Of a stretch of DNA of 64,000 nucleotides, positions 53,573-62,992 are shown piece by piece; position 1 is the first letter of the stretch; each line of letters opens with the position of its first letter. The DNA is from a virus. Lineage: Duplodnaviria; Caudoviricetes. The DNA lies in IMG/VR virus record IMGVR_UViG_3300035505_000270, positions 9,252 to 73,251 of that record. One strand, 5' to 3'. The notes under the pieces are model-generated. The model did not search any database, was not told the origin of the DNA, and saw only the letters and a list, made by a program, of their open reading frames with translations. Both the position numbers and the translations under genes were made by a program.

Positions 53573-53593
53573 ATCAATTAATCTATTTTGACC
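53556..53593 (-). promoter_or_regulatory. Candidate late promoter motif for the tape measure gene
   Basis: GGTCAA-N28-CATATATT. The CATA lies in the terminator loop. Confidence 0.5.
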
Positions 53594-53596
53594 TGC

Positions 53597-54166
53597 TTAT
53601 TCAGTTATACTCGGCTTTGCATATTTAGCCAATGGAATAGGTTTTCCGCCATTAGCAGCTTCCGCAAATTTTATAACTTCTTGATATTTCTCAGGATTAA
53701 AATTATCCACAATTTTCATAGCTTCAGAAGCATTTATAGGTAAATCATTAATGACACCTTTAAGCACTCCCGCAGCAGAAAGATTATATTCATTAATATT
53801 ATCAATAGTTTCAATTATATCACTATATAAACTATTATATTCATCTTCATCTATAACCGTTAATAATTTATCTAAAAAGCCATTACTTGATAATTCATCA
53901 AATAATTTTCCTTCATCCGCTCTATCTTCATCAGTAAAAGATAAATTAGTATATAAATAAACTAAATTTAATAGAAAATACATATTTAATTTAACGGGAT
54001 TATAAATACCATTTTCAAAAGATTTTTGTAATGTAATCATTACTAAATCATATTTTGATTCTATAGGTAAATATTTTAATACTTCTATTGTTTTACCATT
54101 AAAATCAAAAGTAGTAATACTATTATCTATTTTTAAATTTAAATCTGTATAAGATAAATTTCCCAT
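53597..54166 (-). CDS. Hypothetical acidic helical protein (possible tail assembly chaperone)
   Basis: 189 aa; directly upstream of the TMP gene, but with its own sigmaA promoter and terminator. Confidence 0.55.
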   Translation of the reverse strand: MGNLSYTDLNLKIDNSITTFDFNGKTIEVLKYLPIESKYDLVMITLQKSFENGIYNPVKLNMYFLLNLVYLYTNLSFTDEDRADEGKLFDELSSNGFLDKLLTVIDEDEYNSLYSDIIETIDNINEYNLSAAGVLKGVINDLPINASEAMKIVDNFNPEKYQEVIKFAEAANGGKPIPLAKYAKPSITE

Positions 54167-54199
54167 ACCTTTTTCTCCTTTTATTTCTTTCTTATATAT

Positions 54200-54228
54200 A
54201 TTATAACATAAAAATTTTTTCTTGTCAA
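54200..54228 (-). promoter_or_regulatory. sigmaA-like promoter
   Basis: Perfect TTGACA-N17-TATAAT with TG on the minus strand. Confidence 0.85.
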
Positions 54229-54238
54229 GTCAAAATTT

Positions 54239-55756
54239 TTAAGAATTTTTATTTGATAAAATATTTTTTAATCGTTGAGGATAAAATCTTCCATGAATTT
54301 TTAAATTTTTAATTAATTTATTTTGATCTCTACTTCTTTTTTGAGCAGCTATCCAATTGGCTTCTTCAGTTAACGCATTTTGAGTCTTATCAGTAATAGC
54401 CTGCAGCCCTTCAAAAGAAATAACTATAGGATCCTGAGAATTTATATTACTAAATTCGCTAGTACCCGCCCCAGTATTATAGTGCTCTACCGCATTAATA
54501 ATATCCCATATTGAGTACATCTCATTTCCAATAGCTATAAATTGTGCAAAGTCTCCATTAATACCCAAACCAGATAAAAATAAATCAATATTCCTAGCTA
54601 ATATTGCTTGTTTCAAGGCTTGAATGCCTTCGGCATCTTGATTAGCTAAGCCTAATGTATTGTATACATACTCACGTTGATTTACATTATACATTTGGTT
54701 TATCCTATTTAAGGCAGATTCTCTTGTAATTGAGACGCTACTAATACTATTGTCTTTATTTCTTTTATACCACTTTGTGCTAATTCCTAAATTAACATTT
54801 ATAGTGTCCTTCCCCTCTGTTATTTCAAGTCCAGCAAAACTATTATCAACTTTAAATCTAGTATTTCCATTTATCTGAGAATATTTATCAATATATTCAG
54901 CAAGCGCCCCATCGTTTGTAATCTCTACCCCTACTAAATCTTCTTTTCGAGTTGAACGAGCTCCTACTAAAGACTTTGTGATTGCTTCTTTTATAGCTTC
55001 CTCACCTTTAATATAACCATTTACAACGCCTTTACTAATAAAATACTCTCCAACCTGAGTAGAAAATATATTATTAATAAAAGAAGAAGCTGAATTAAAT
55101 TGTAAATCATCTGCTTCTAATCCCGATACTAAACCATTAATACTTTTTATAATAGAAGAAACAGTTTTTGAAGCAATAGGAACTAATTCTGTGTCATTTT
55201 GATAATCATTAATTATTTGTTGTACTTTTGATAAATCAGATAAAGCAGTTATATCAGTTGCAGCTTTCAAAACAGGTGCTAAAATATACCTATCATTATC
55301 CTCTAAAACTGAAGTTGCTTGTTGTATACATTGGAAAAAAGTATTTAAAGATTGTATATTTTTACTATTTAAATAATCTTTCATAGATTTATGGGCATTA
55401 GAAAAAATTTGTGTTAAAGGTATTTCTTTAGTAATATTTTTTTCCAAACTTGCTTTAAGTTTTTCATCAATTGTGCTAACTGCAGACATTATTTCCTCCT
55501 CTGACATAGAATCATTTAAAAAAGTTAAAGCTTCCTTATTATTAATATTTTCTAAATAATGTTTAGCATATCTACTTTTTGCTTCATCATATAAAGCTTC
55601 TTTTTGTTCCATGTAAAGAATTACAGCCGTATCTCTTTTTTTAAAATGCTCAAGATGGCGATGGATATAATAATAATCCATAAAATCAGATTGCTTTTTC
55701 CCAGTTTTTATTGAGTCTTTACCTTCTTGTGTCTTAGGCGTATATCTTATTAACAT
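54239..55756 (-). CDS. Large hypothetical protein
   Basis: 505 aa ORF between the major tail and TMP genes. The FKVD...GISTKWY segment weakly resembles a PD-(D/E)XK-type motif. Confidence 0.6.
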   Translation of the reverse strand: MLIRYTPKTQEGKDSIKTGKKQSDFMDYYYIHRHLEHFKKRDTAVILYMEQKEALYDEAKSRYAKHYLENINNKEALTFLNDSMSEEEIMSAVSTIDEKLKASLEKNITKEIPLTQIFSNAHKSMKDYLNSKNIQSLNTFFQCIQQATSVLEDNDRYILAPVLKAATDITALSDLSKVQQIINDYQNDTELVPIASKTVSSIIKSINGLVSGLEADDLQFNSASSFINNIFSTQVGEYFISKGVVNGYIKGEEAIKEAITKSLVGARSTRKEDLVGVEITNDGALAEYIDKYSQINGNTRFKVDNSFAGLEITEGKDTINVNLGISTKWYKRNKDNSISSVSITRESALNRINQMYNVNQREYVYNTLGLANQDAEGIQALKQAILARNIDLFLSGLGINGDFAQFIAIGNEMYSIWDIINAVEHYNTGAGTSEFSNINSQDPIVISFEGLQAITDKTQNALTEEANWIAAQKRSRDQNKLIKNLKIHGRFYPQRLKNILSNKNS

Positions 55757-55784
55757 AATTAACCACCCTCTATATAAAAAAATA

Positions 55785-55808
55785 AGGGAGGGTAATTAAA
55801 CCCTCCCT
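55785..55808 (-). terminator. Terminator after the major tail gene
   Basis: AGGGAGGGT-N6-ACCCTCCCT followed by a T tract on the minus strand. Confidence 0.75.
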
Positions 55809-55817
55809 CTAATATAT

Positions 55818-56741
55818 TTAGCCTTCAGCTTCTACAGTTGTGTCTGTATGATCATGACCATCCATTACACTATAGCCTTCTGTATCTTCAGCATCCTCGC
55901 CATCTTTAACAATCTGCAATACACAAAGTACTTTCTTAGTCTTGTCAAAGTATGTATAATCTGGGAATGCATCCATTGTGAAAGTAAATGTACTTGGGTC
56001 TCCAGTTGATGCCATACTGAAAGTGAAGTTAGACTGAATCTTAACATTAGGAATTGTAAGATTTGCAGGTAAATCAACACCATCTGATTGACGTCTGAAT
56101 AATGTATCAGCTTCAACATAATAGTATCCAGCAAAGTGATCTGCATCAATCTGAAGCTCATCAACCTTGCTCTGCTCTTTAAGTAAGTAGTAATCAACAA
56201 ATACTGACTGACCAGCTTCAACATCCTTCAAAGCATCTCCAGTAATCTTGCCATCTGCAACAGTAAGTTCACTTTCATCTACATTAAGAACAGTGTCAAT
56301 AGAACCATCTTCTTCAACGGTTGCTACGAAAATTGGATCATCTCCGCTAATCTTATCATTACCAATAGCATCTGTTAAATCAATACTGCCATCTGTGTCT
56401 ACTGTAGTATAAGTAGTTGTATGATAATGAATTGGTCTTGTCTTAGCTTTACTATCCTTACCAAATAATCCAGCTCCAGATAAGATTGCAAAACCAATAG
56501 GAGATAAGAGAGCATCTTCAACTGTAAAGGTGAGTGTCTTCTCTCCTTCCCATGCTATCAGTCTTGTATTACCACGGCCACCCTGAGCATAGACAGTAGT
56601 AGCAGCACCTTCTAAAGTAGAAGTTTTTGCTGTGTCAATGTAAAGAACTGGCTGTCCCTTTTTAAAGACTTTGTTACCAATTCTAACAGTAGACTTAGCC
56701 TTAAATACTATGTTTGCGCATTCACGTACACCAAACTTCAT
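55818..56741 (-). CDS. Major tail (tube) protein
   Basis: Beta-rich 307 aa (YAQGGRGNTRLIAW, TFTVEDAL, GDPSTFTFTMD), followed by a terminator; tail-module position. Confidence 0.7.
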   Translation of the reverse strand: MKFGVRECANIVFKAKSTVRIGNKVFKKGQPVLYIDTAKTSTLEGAATTVYAQGGRGNTRLIAWEGEKTLTFTVEDALLSPIGFAILSGAGLFGKDSKAKTRPIHYHTTTYTTVDTDGSIDLTDAIGNDKISGDDPIFVATVEEDGSIDTVLNVDESELTVADGKITGDALKDVEAGQSVFVDYYLLKEQSKVDELQIDADHFAGYYYVEADTLFRRQSDGVDLPANLTIPNVKIQSNFTFSMASTGDPSTFTFTMDAFPDYTYFDKTKKVLCVLQIVKDGEDAEDTEGYSVMDGHDHTDTTVEAEG

Positions 56742-56783
56742 ATCTATATTTCCTCCTTGTAAAATTTTACATTCAATATAGAA

Positions 56784-57518
56784 TTATGGATGAAGGTCTT
56801 TCATCCAATTATCTACGTCTTTTAAATCTTTGGCTCCCGCCATTTTTGCTTGAACATAAATATCATATTGAGTTTTTAGTTCAAAACGAGTAAATTCATC
56901 AAATAATTGATAAACAGTATATTCTAACAGAGAATTGATATCTTTAGATTCTCCAACTGCAAGTATTGAAATATATCTATTTAAAATAGAAATCTTTTTT
57001 TCTCCCTTGCCCTCTGCAGCTTTTGCGCGGCCACGCTTTAATTTTTCAGCGATTTCCGCTGCGCGCTTACCCATAGGGTTGTATTCACTTTCCGAAGTCC
57101 GCATTTTTAAGCTAAACATCATGGCAATAATTTCTTTAAATGCTTCAAAATTTTGATTATTAATATAATGAACTTCTTCATTTTCTCTTGTTAAAGAGAT
57201 TCCATCATTTTGGAATTGTATTTCATAATTAGGAAACATTAAAGACAGTACTAAAGTTGCACTAATTCTATTTCTTTGTACTGCTGGATTTCTATCTTTC
57301 ATTATTGACATTAATATTTCAAAATTCGTTGTATTCTCTAAACTAGATTTGTCCTCTGTAGATAACATATCTTTGGAAAAGTTTAATAATTCGCAACCTG
57401 TAAAAAAGGCATCTTCACCTATATAAGAAATTTCCTTTATAGTAGGTTGATGAATGGTGATTTGGGCTTGTTGAAAAGGAATATCCGTTCCCGCCAATAG
57501 CATCAAATCATTAACCAT
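56784..57518 (-). CDS. Hypothetical virion morphogenesis protein
   Basis: 244 aa ORF in the neck/tail operon. Confidence 0.55.
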   Translation of the reverse strand: MVNDLMLLAGTDIPFQQAQITIHQPTIKEISYIGEDAFFTGCELLNFSKDMLSTEDKSSLENTTNFEILMSIMKDRNPAVQRNRISATLVLSLMFPNYEIQFQNDGISLTRENEEVHYINNQNFEAFKEIIAMMFSLKMRTSESEYNPMGKRAAEIAEKLKRGRAKAAEGKGEKKISILNRYISILAVGESKDINSLLEYTVYQLFDEFTRFELKTQYDIYVQAKMAGAKDLKDVDNWMKDLHP

Positions 57519-58105
57519 TATTCATCTCTACCAGGAATCTGATCATCAGTTCCATGGACTGCCTGATACATTAAAGTATATCCAGCCAAATCTTCATTTA
57601 AGATTAACTCATTACAGCCCAAAAAATTAAATTGACCAATACCAGTTAATTTAGTATTATTTAATAAACCATCAATATAACCACATATTTTTAATGGTCT
57701 TAATCTATAGTTGCCTATATCCCAATAATCAGTATGACAAATTATATCAAAAGAGACTGTACAGTCTCTAAATTGAGGATTAGTAGTATTCATAGTAAAA
57801 TTATCAAAAGAAACAATAATATAAGATTTTACTTGTTCATGCTCAGGAAACCTAAGTTTAGGCTCCAATCTTATATATCCATCTTCAACCATTTTTGCAA
57901 CGGTCATTTCTTTTAATTTTTCTTGATATTGAGTGCTAGTTGTATTATCAAGACAATCTTTTGCACTAATTACTAATAATCTTTTTAATTCATCACTGTA
58001 AGGACGGCTTTCAACAAAGAGTCTACGCAATATTAATTCAATATCTTTCTCACAAGAAAGAAAGGAAGAATTAAGGGCAGGTAGACGAATCAAATCTTTA
58101 CGCAT
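57518..58105 (-). CDS. Putative tail terminator/completion protein
   Basis: 195 aa; VSFDIICH..W...RPLKI pattern; position between head-closure and tail genes. Confidence 0.5.
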   Translation of the reverse strand: MRKDLIRLPALNSSFLSCEKDIELILRRLFVESRPYSDELKRLLVISAKDCLDNTTSTQYQEKLKEMTVAKMVEDGYIRLEPKLRFPEHEQVKSYIIVSFDNFTMNTTNPQFRDCTVSFDIICHTDYWDIGNYRLRPLKICGYIDGLLNNTKLTGIGQFNFLGCNELILNEDLAGYTLMYQAVHGTDDQIPGRDE

Positions 58106-58123
58106 CCTATACTCCTTTTATCT

Positions 58124-59131
58124 CTATAATGATTTAATCTCAATAGGTAAAGTTATACTTTGTTCCTCATTTTCATAAGTTAAATTAAACTCTCCACTTT
58201 TACCTGTAATTATTTCAATTGTAATTACATCTTTTTCTCTATTTACAAAACGTGCTTTCTTATTATTGCTAATAATCCATTTACCATCTTGTAAACCTTT
58301 TATAGAATATTGTATAATATCATAAGGTTGAACAATAGTAGGACCATCAATATGCGGCAGGCGCTGCTTGTCCGCCTCATCTATAGGCTTATCAGTTTTA
58401 TCCGGCTTTTTAGTAGGCTCTTCTTCAAATTCATTATTATACCATTCACCTAAGCAAACTTCAATAATGCCATCTGCAGAATAAGGATCTACTGTCTTGA
58501 CTTCCCACATTTCATTCCCAATTTTTAATTTTTGAAATCTGTGAAAATAATCTAGTGTTTCTTCATTTTGAGTGATATACATAATTAAAGAATAATTTAA
58601 ATCATTCCAAGTAACACTATCTTTTATATTCCATTGAATTGTGGTTTCAACAGGACCTCTAATGTACACATAATATTCATGTCCATTAATAGTGATGGGT
58701 TCATCTTCACATTTATATACTTCCCCTCTAAAATAGGCATCTTCTTCTAAAAATTTTAAATATACTATCCAATGAGTATCAGTCTCTTTCCATAAAAAAG
58801 TACGACCAGCTTCAATTCTTGTAGGTATTTTGCCGCCATTTGTTTTTCCAATTGGCTCAAACGGAGATACGGTTTTAGTCTCCGCATCATATTCCCCAAT
58901 GCAAATATCTTCATACGGAATAGATAATATTTTACAATCATAATCTGCCTTTTGTTTGTTAGGGTTCATAAGACAGCGAAACATTTTTCCATCTATAACT
59001 GCGGTAGCAGCTTGATAAGAATATAAGAGCGATTTCCGCAAACTATTTAATTTTGCTTGCTGCATTCGACCTTCTTGAGCAACGCCCCCATGATATTCAA
59101 GTCTAGTTTTTAAATTTTCTAATCCTGACAT
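58124..59131 (-). CDS. Putative head-closure/neck protein with a C-terminal Ig-like domain
   Basis: Operon position, beta-rich body, and IDGPTIVQPYD...FNLTY Ig-like tail. The start may be further upstream (59164). Confidence 0.5.
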   Translation of the reverse strand: MSGLENLKTRLEYHGGVAQEGRMQQAKLNSLRKSLLYSYQAATAVIDGKMFRCLMNPNKQKADYDCKILSIPYEDICIGEYDAETKTVSPFEPIGKTNGGKIPTRIEAGRTFLWKETDTHWIVYLKFLEEDAYFRGEVYKCEDEPITINGHEYYVYIRGPVETTIQWNIKDSVTWNDLNYSLIMYITQNEETLDYFHRFQKLKIGNEMWEVKTVDPYSADGIIEVCLGEWYNNEFEEEPTKKPDKTDKPIDEADKQRLPHIDGPTIVQPYDIIQYSIKGLQDGKWIISNNKKARFVNREKDVITIEIITGKSGEFNLTYENEEQSITLPIEIKSL

Positions 59132-59436
59132 TGTTTCGCCATCGCATTTATGAGGCTTAAGCACTCAAATATAGTTCTTCTGAATAAAGTAAAATCATTT
59201 TCTTCAGTAAGAGTAAACAAGCCCTCTAATTTATTTAATAATGGAAATAAAATTTCATGTTGGTCGATTAACAATCTATCCATTCCAGCTAATTCTTCAA
59301 TAATTGTTTCTAGCGGTTTTTCCCAATCTAAGTTTTCTTCTCTTATTGGCAATAGCTTATAAATAAGATTGGTAATCTTTTTTATCTCTTTTGCAACTGC
59401 CACGTTAGATATTTCAGCATTATGTTTTATAAGCAT
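59119..59436 (-). CDS. Hypothetical helical protein
   Basis: 105 aa ORF overlapping its neighbours. Confidence 0.55.
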   Translation of the reverse strand: MLIKHNAEISNVAVAKEIKKITNLIYKLLPIREENLDWEKPLETIIEELAGMDRLLIDQHEILFPLLNKLEGLFTLTEENDFTLFRRTIFECLSLINAMAKQCQD

Positions 59437-61278
59437 GGTGTTTATAAGTCCTTCCTGAAGGATAAGCATCCATTATTAAATCAAAAGTAGAACGCATTCT
59501 ACCATCTTCATTAAGTGCTCTACGTTTATATAATCTTTGCAAATGAAAACCTTTTCTTTCATAGTCTTTTTGTACCGTCAGTATCTTGGACATATGATTC
59601 GCTTGAGATGTGAATTTGAAATCTGCAAAATTTGTTACCTTGAAAGCTTTTTATCTTTCAATTCTTATACTTGTTATTCGTATAAGTTCGGCATATCTTT
59701 TTACCTTTTTGAGGTATTTAGGCTCGTGGGAGTTTATATCTTATGGTAAATTATATTTCTTTTTGATAGTAAAAAAATGTTCTTTTTTTCTAGCTAAAGA
59801 TAAATAATCATTATTATAAAATGCATTACAAATAGTTAAACTATTTTTTACATAATAATTAATTGTATAGATTATATGCACTCTTTCTTGAGAATGAATT
59901 TTTGGTTCATTAATTCCATATTCTTCAAAGAAAAATTTTGTAATATCTTTTAAAAAAGTTTCACTAGCACAAGTAAAGTTTATATTAATCTTTTTTCCTT
60001 TTGGCTCATATAAACTTCCATCTCCATCAAAAAAGCCTCTAATAAAATCTAATTTATATTCATTAGGAAGATTGGGAATATGAGATAATTTAAAAGTTTT
60101 ATTATTTCCAATTCCATAATTTTCTATTTGCTGTCGAAGTTTTTGTGATGAAAATGATAAAGAAACAGCGGGAAAACCTTGATTTTCAAAATGGTATATA
60201 GGTCCATTATATTCAAGTTCTTTAGCTATCCTTTGTAATATTTCTTCATCTTGTTCTTGCAAGGTTATAGTTATTCTGTTTTTAGCACCTTTTGTAATAG
60301 GTAAATATCCATCTGCTGCAATAAAACCTAATAGCCAAGCCCCATTATGACTTTCTAAAACATAATCATCATTAACAGTATACTTTCTTAATTCCGGCAT
60401 TTGTTTTACAAGAGAAGCTTCTTGAAGATTCCGAATATGGATTCCATTGTCTTGTAAAATTGAACGAACTTTATCAAAACTAAAAGGTAAAGATAACTCT
60501 TTAACAATCTTATCCAATCCATAACCTTTTTGATATAATTCAATAATTTGTTTTTGAATTTCTTGAGGAACTTCTGTTTTATAACAACCAACTTTAGCTT
60601 CATTAAAATTTCTAATATGAATATTATTTTCTTGTAAAATTCTTTTTATTATAGTATCTCCAAAATCAAGATGTAATTCCTTCTTAATTTTCATTCTACC
60701 ATAACCTTTATTTACATACAAATCTACTATTTTATCTTGTAGTTCTTGTGGAACTATTATTTTACTCATAAGTTTAATTCTCCTATGCTCTGCGCGTGTC
60801 AAAGCTTTTAAACTAAGACTTCCGCTCTGATTCCCATTTCAGGGTTCCAGTTTTTCCTAAAATTTTCTTTAATATTTCTAATAAAGAGGACCAGACTTGA
60901 TCCGCTATATTTCATTCTTGTATTTTCTACACTGGCTAATTGTTGCCCCATCCATTCAACAACCATATAGGTAGATAGTATATTAATTTCCTCTGCAGTT
61001 AATGTATTATTAAAATAACCGCCATCATAGATAATAGCCTTAACTAGAACATCGTTACTTTCAATCCCACAATATTCTTCCTCTCCAGATATACTACTTA
61101 ATTCATAAGAAGTAATATCAATACGAGGAAATTCAAAATATTGTATAGAAGCAATTAATAAATCCTCTAACATTCTAAAAGTATCAAGCTCGGTTAATTC
61201 CATATACATATCATCTGTGATTTTAGTAAAAAAACTGTCATAAACTTGAGAGAAAGGTGTCTTATTAGTATCTGCCAT
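59420..61278 (-). CDS. Putative head-tail adaptor (neck) protein, split by a group I intron (exons 61278-60900 and 59625-59420; 194 aa spliced)
   Basis: The spliced junction reads ENTRMKYSG|S|DFKFTSQANHM in frame. Exon 2 is missed by the ORF track. The gene lies two genes downstream of the capsid gene. Confidence 0.75.
59626..60899 (-). mobile_element. Group I intron in the neck gene (1274 nt)
   Basis: P1 is GGATCA-AGTC-TGGTCC with a U.G pair at the exon end. P10 is CAGAT/GTCTG. P7 is GCATA(60788-60784)/TATGC(59695-59691), within GCAGAGCATAG and AAGATATGCC. Terminal G59626. Confidence 0.85.
59741..60769 (-). CDS. Intron-encoded LAGLIDADG homing endonuclease
   Basis: AGGAG RBS before ATG 60769. 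Two motifs, WLLGFIAADG and FIRGFFDGDG, preceded by two HTH-like repeats. Confidence 0.88.
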   Translation of the reverse strand: MSKIIVPQELQDKIVDLYVNKGYGRMKIKKELHLDFGDTIIKRILQENNIHIRNFNEAKVGCYKTEVPQEIQKQIIELYQKGYGLDKIVKELSLPFSFDKVRSILQDNGIHIRNLQEASLVKQMPELRKYTVNDDYVLESHNGAWLLGFIAADGYLPITKGAKNRITITLQEQDEEILQRIAKELEYNGPIYHFENQGFPAVSLSFSSQKLRQQIENYGIGNNKTFKLSHIPNLPNEYKLDFIRGFFDGDGSLYEPKGKKININFTCASETFLKDITKFFFEEYGINEPKIHSQERVHIIYTINYYVKNSLTICNAFYNNDYLSLARKKEHFFTIKKKYNLP

Positions 61279-61294
61279 AATACACCTCCTATAA

Positions 61295-61900
61295 TTATTT
61301 TAGTTCAGATACAACTTTATATTTAGGTACAGAAGTTTTTCGCTGCGGAGTTGCAGGTTCGGCGCTTTCAACCACAGTCTCAGATTCTTGACCAGGGATT
61401 GTCGCCTTACGGACCTTTTTAACTTCTTTCTCTTTCTTTTCAGCATCTTCTGCATATTTATTGTTCTTAATTGCATTATCTGGATTGAAACCAGTTTTAT
61501 TAAAAATTAACTCTCTTTTATTCATATCATTAAGTTTAATCTTTACTGCAATAGATTTAACTAAATCAACTACCCCTTTAGGAGCAAATGTAATGCAATC
61601 ATCAAGTTGATCTAAAGAACCATTTACCAAAAGATTTTGAATATCTTCTTCTGTATAATAATACTCCGGCTCTACATCTCCAATCAATTCTGCAACAGCT
61701 TCTTCATTAAACATTACTAAATAATTATTTAATAAATAATCTCCGCCAGTTTGATATGAAAGTTTTCTAAGTTCATCCATAGAAATCTTTTTAGTTTCAC
61801 CTGGAGCAAACTTTCTATGTAGATTCATTTCCGGAATACCATAACCAGTACTTCCATTATTTCTATTCAAAACAGTAATAATTGTGTTATCTTCCAACAT
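61295..61900 (-). CDS. Hypothetical head-module protein
   Basis: 201 aa ORF after the capsid gene, with a basic low-complexity C-terminus. Confidence 0.6.
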   Translation of the reverse strand: MLEDNTIITVLNRNNGSTGYGIPEMNLHRKFAPGETKKISMDELRKLSYQTGGDYLLNNYLVMFNEEAVAELIGDVEPEYYYTEEDIQNLLVNGSLDQLDDCITFAPKGVVDLVKSIAVKIKLNDMNKRELIFNKTGFNPDNAIKNNKYAEDAEKKEKEVKKVRKATIPGQESETVVESAEPATPQRKTSVPKYKVVSELK

Positions 61901-61929
61901 ATTTTTATCTCCTTTTATCTCCAAAAAAG

Positions 61930-61955
61930 CTGGGGATATATTTAAATATCCCCAG
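61930..61955 (-). terminator. Terminator after the major capsid gene
   Basis: CTGGGGATAT-N6-ATATCCCCAG followed by CTTTTTT on the minus strand. Confidence 0.75.
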
Positions 61956-61974
61956 TAGTATTATTTAATTGTAA

Positions 61975-62976
61975 TTATTTTGTAAGACTTGTATTCTGAT
62001 ATACACAAATATCATTAGTAATCAAAGCGCCAACGCCGACTTTCTGATAAATATGTGTAGTTGTTGACCAGTCTTCATTTTGAGTTTCTCTCATGTGAGC
62101 TGTTCCTTCAAAAGCTACCTTTACAGGTTTCTCAGCTCCGCCTGGGATAATCCAAGCATATGAAGGATCAATAACCTTAACAGTATTTGTTTCATCTTCG
62201 TAAGATTGCTGTAATACAACAACTTTATGACCTTTGTAGTTGCCAAGGTAACCATTATTCCATCTAGCATTTCTCATTTCATCTGAAACCCAACCTTCAG
62301 CAGGGAGCATTGTAGCTGCGAAGTCAAAAGTACAATAGATTGTAGCCTGGCCGTAAGAATCAGCAATAGCTAAAAGCTTATCCATTTCTTTTTCTTCAAA
62401 GATTGTGCTTGAATATACATTAGCAGCTTGTAAATTGCTAACTGCACCAATTAAAGCTTTTTCAATTTCAAGATAGATCTTTTCGTCTAATGTTTCAAGC
62501 ACGATATCAAGCACATCAGACATCTGAACTCTACCATCAAGATACTCTTCAAAAGGAATATTAGCAGCACCACCAAATGCGCTTGTAGCTACTTCGTAGC
62601 TCTTTCCATCTAACTTGAATACTTCGTAAGCACCAGCAAGTCCAACTTTTGTAATGAACTGCTTAGCACGTCTACGAGAAGCTTCTGTAATTCTCTGTAC
62701 GAATACTGGCTTATCACCCTGTGCAAAAGTCTTAATTTCTGCAAACTGACCGTACTGTTCAAGTACTTTCTTTGGTAATACATCATTAATAGTTTCTTCC
62801 ATAAGCGCGTATGCTTGCTTAGGATTTTCTTTATGTAATTTATTTAATTCTTGAGCAAAAGTCTCATTTAAAGTTGCGTATGAAAATTTATCTTCGCCCC
62901 ATGAGTAAGCTGTAGGAGCAGAAGGGTTTGCATTAACAACGATTTTTCCTAATGCCAATAACTCTTTATAAGTCAT
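61975..62976 (-). CDS. Major capsid protein
   Basis: 333 aa, highly biased codons, follows the scaffold and decoration genes, ends at a strong terminator; GNYKGHKVVVL HK97-like segment. Confidence 0.75.
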   Translation of the reverse strand: MTYKELLALGKIVVNANPSAPTAYSWGEDKFSYATLNETFAQELNKLHKENPKQAYALMEETINDVLPKKVLEQYGQFAEIKTFAQGDKPVFVQRITEASRRRAKQFITKVGLAGAYEVFKLDGKSYEVATSAFGGAANIPFEEYLDGRVQMSDVLDIVLETLDEKIYLEIEKALIGAVSNLQAANVYSSTIFEEKEMDKLLAIADSYGQATIYCTFDFAATMLPAEGWVSDEMRNARWNNGYLGNYKGHKVVVLQQSYEDETNTVKVIDPSYAWIIPGGAEKPVKVAFEGTAHMRETQNEDWSTTTHIYQKVGVGALITNDICVYQNTSLTK

Positions 62977-62992
62977 AATTTATTTCTCCTCC

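Noticed and set aside
56800-56840. Slippery heptamer T TTA AAA near the end of the 244-aa gene (tail-chaperone-type frameshift)
   Set aside because: The -1 frame stops within a few codons and the gene precedes the major tail gene, so no G-T-like fusion results.
3605-60603. Short antisense or alternate-frame ORFs in the track (e.g. 3605-3808, 5730-5939, 8511-8792, 10673-11014, 18779-19039, 23890-24117, 44371-44574, 49486-49949, 55865-56224, 59537-59807, 60406-60603)
   Set aside because: They overlap well-supported genes or intron cores, lack RBSs and show no recognisable motifs; they are shadow ORFs.
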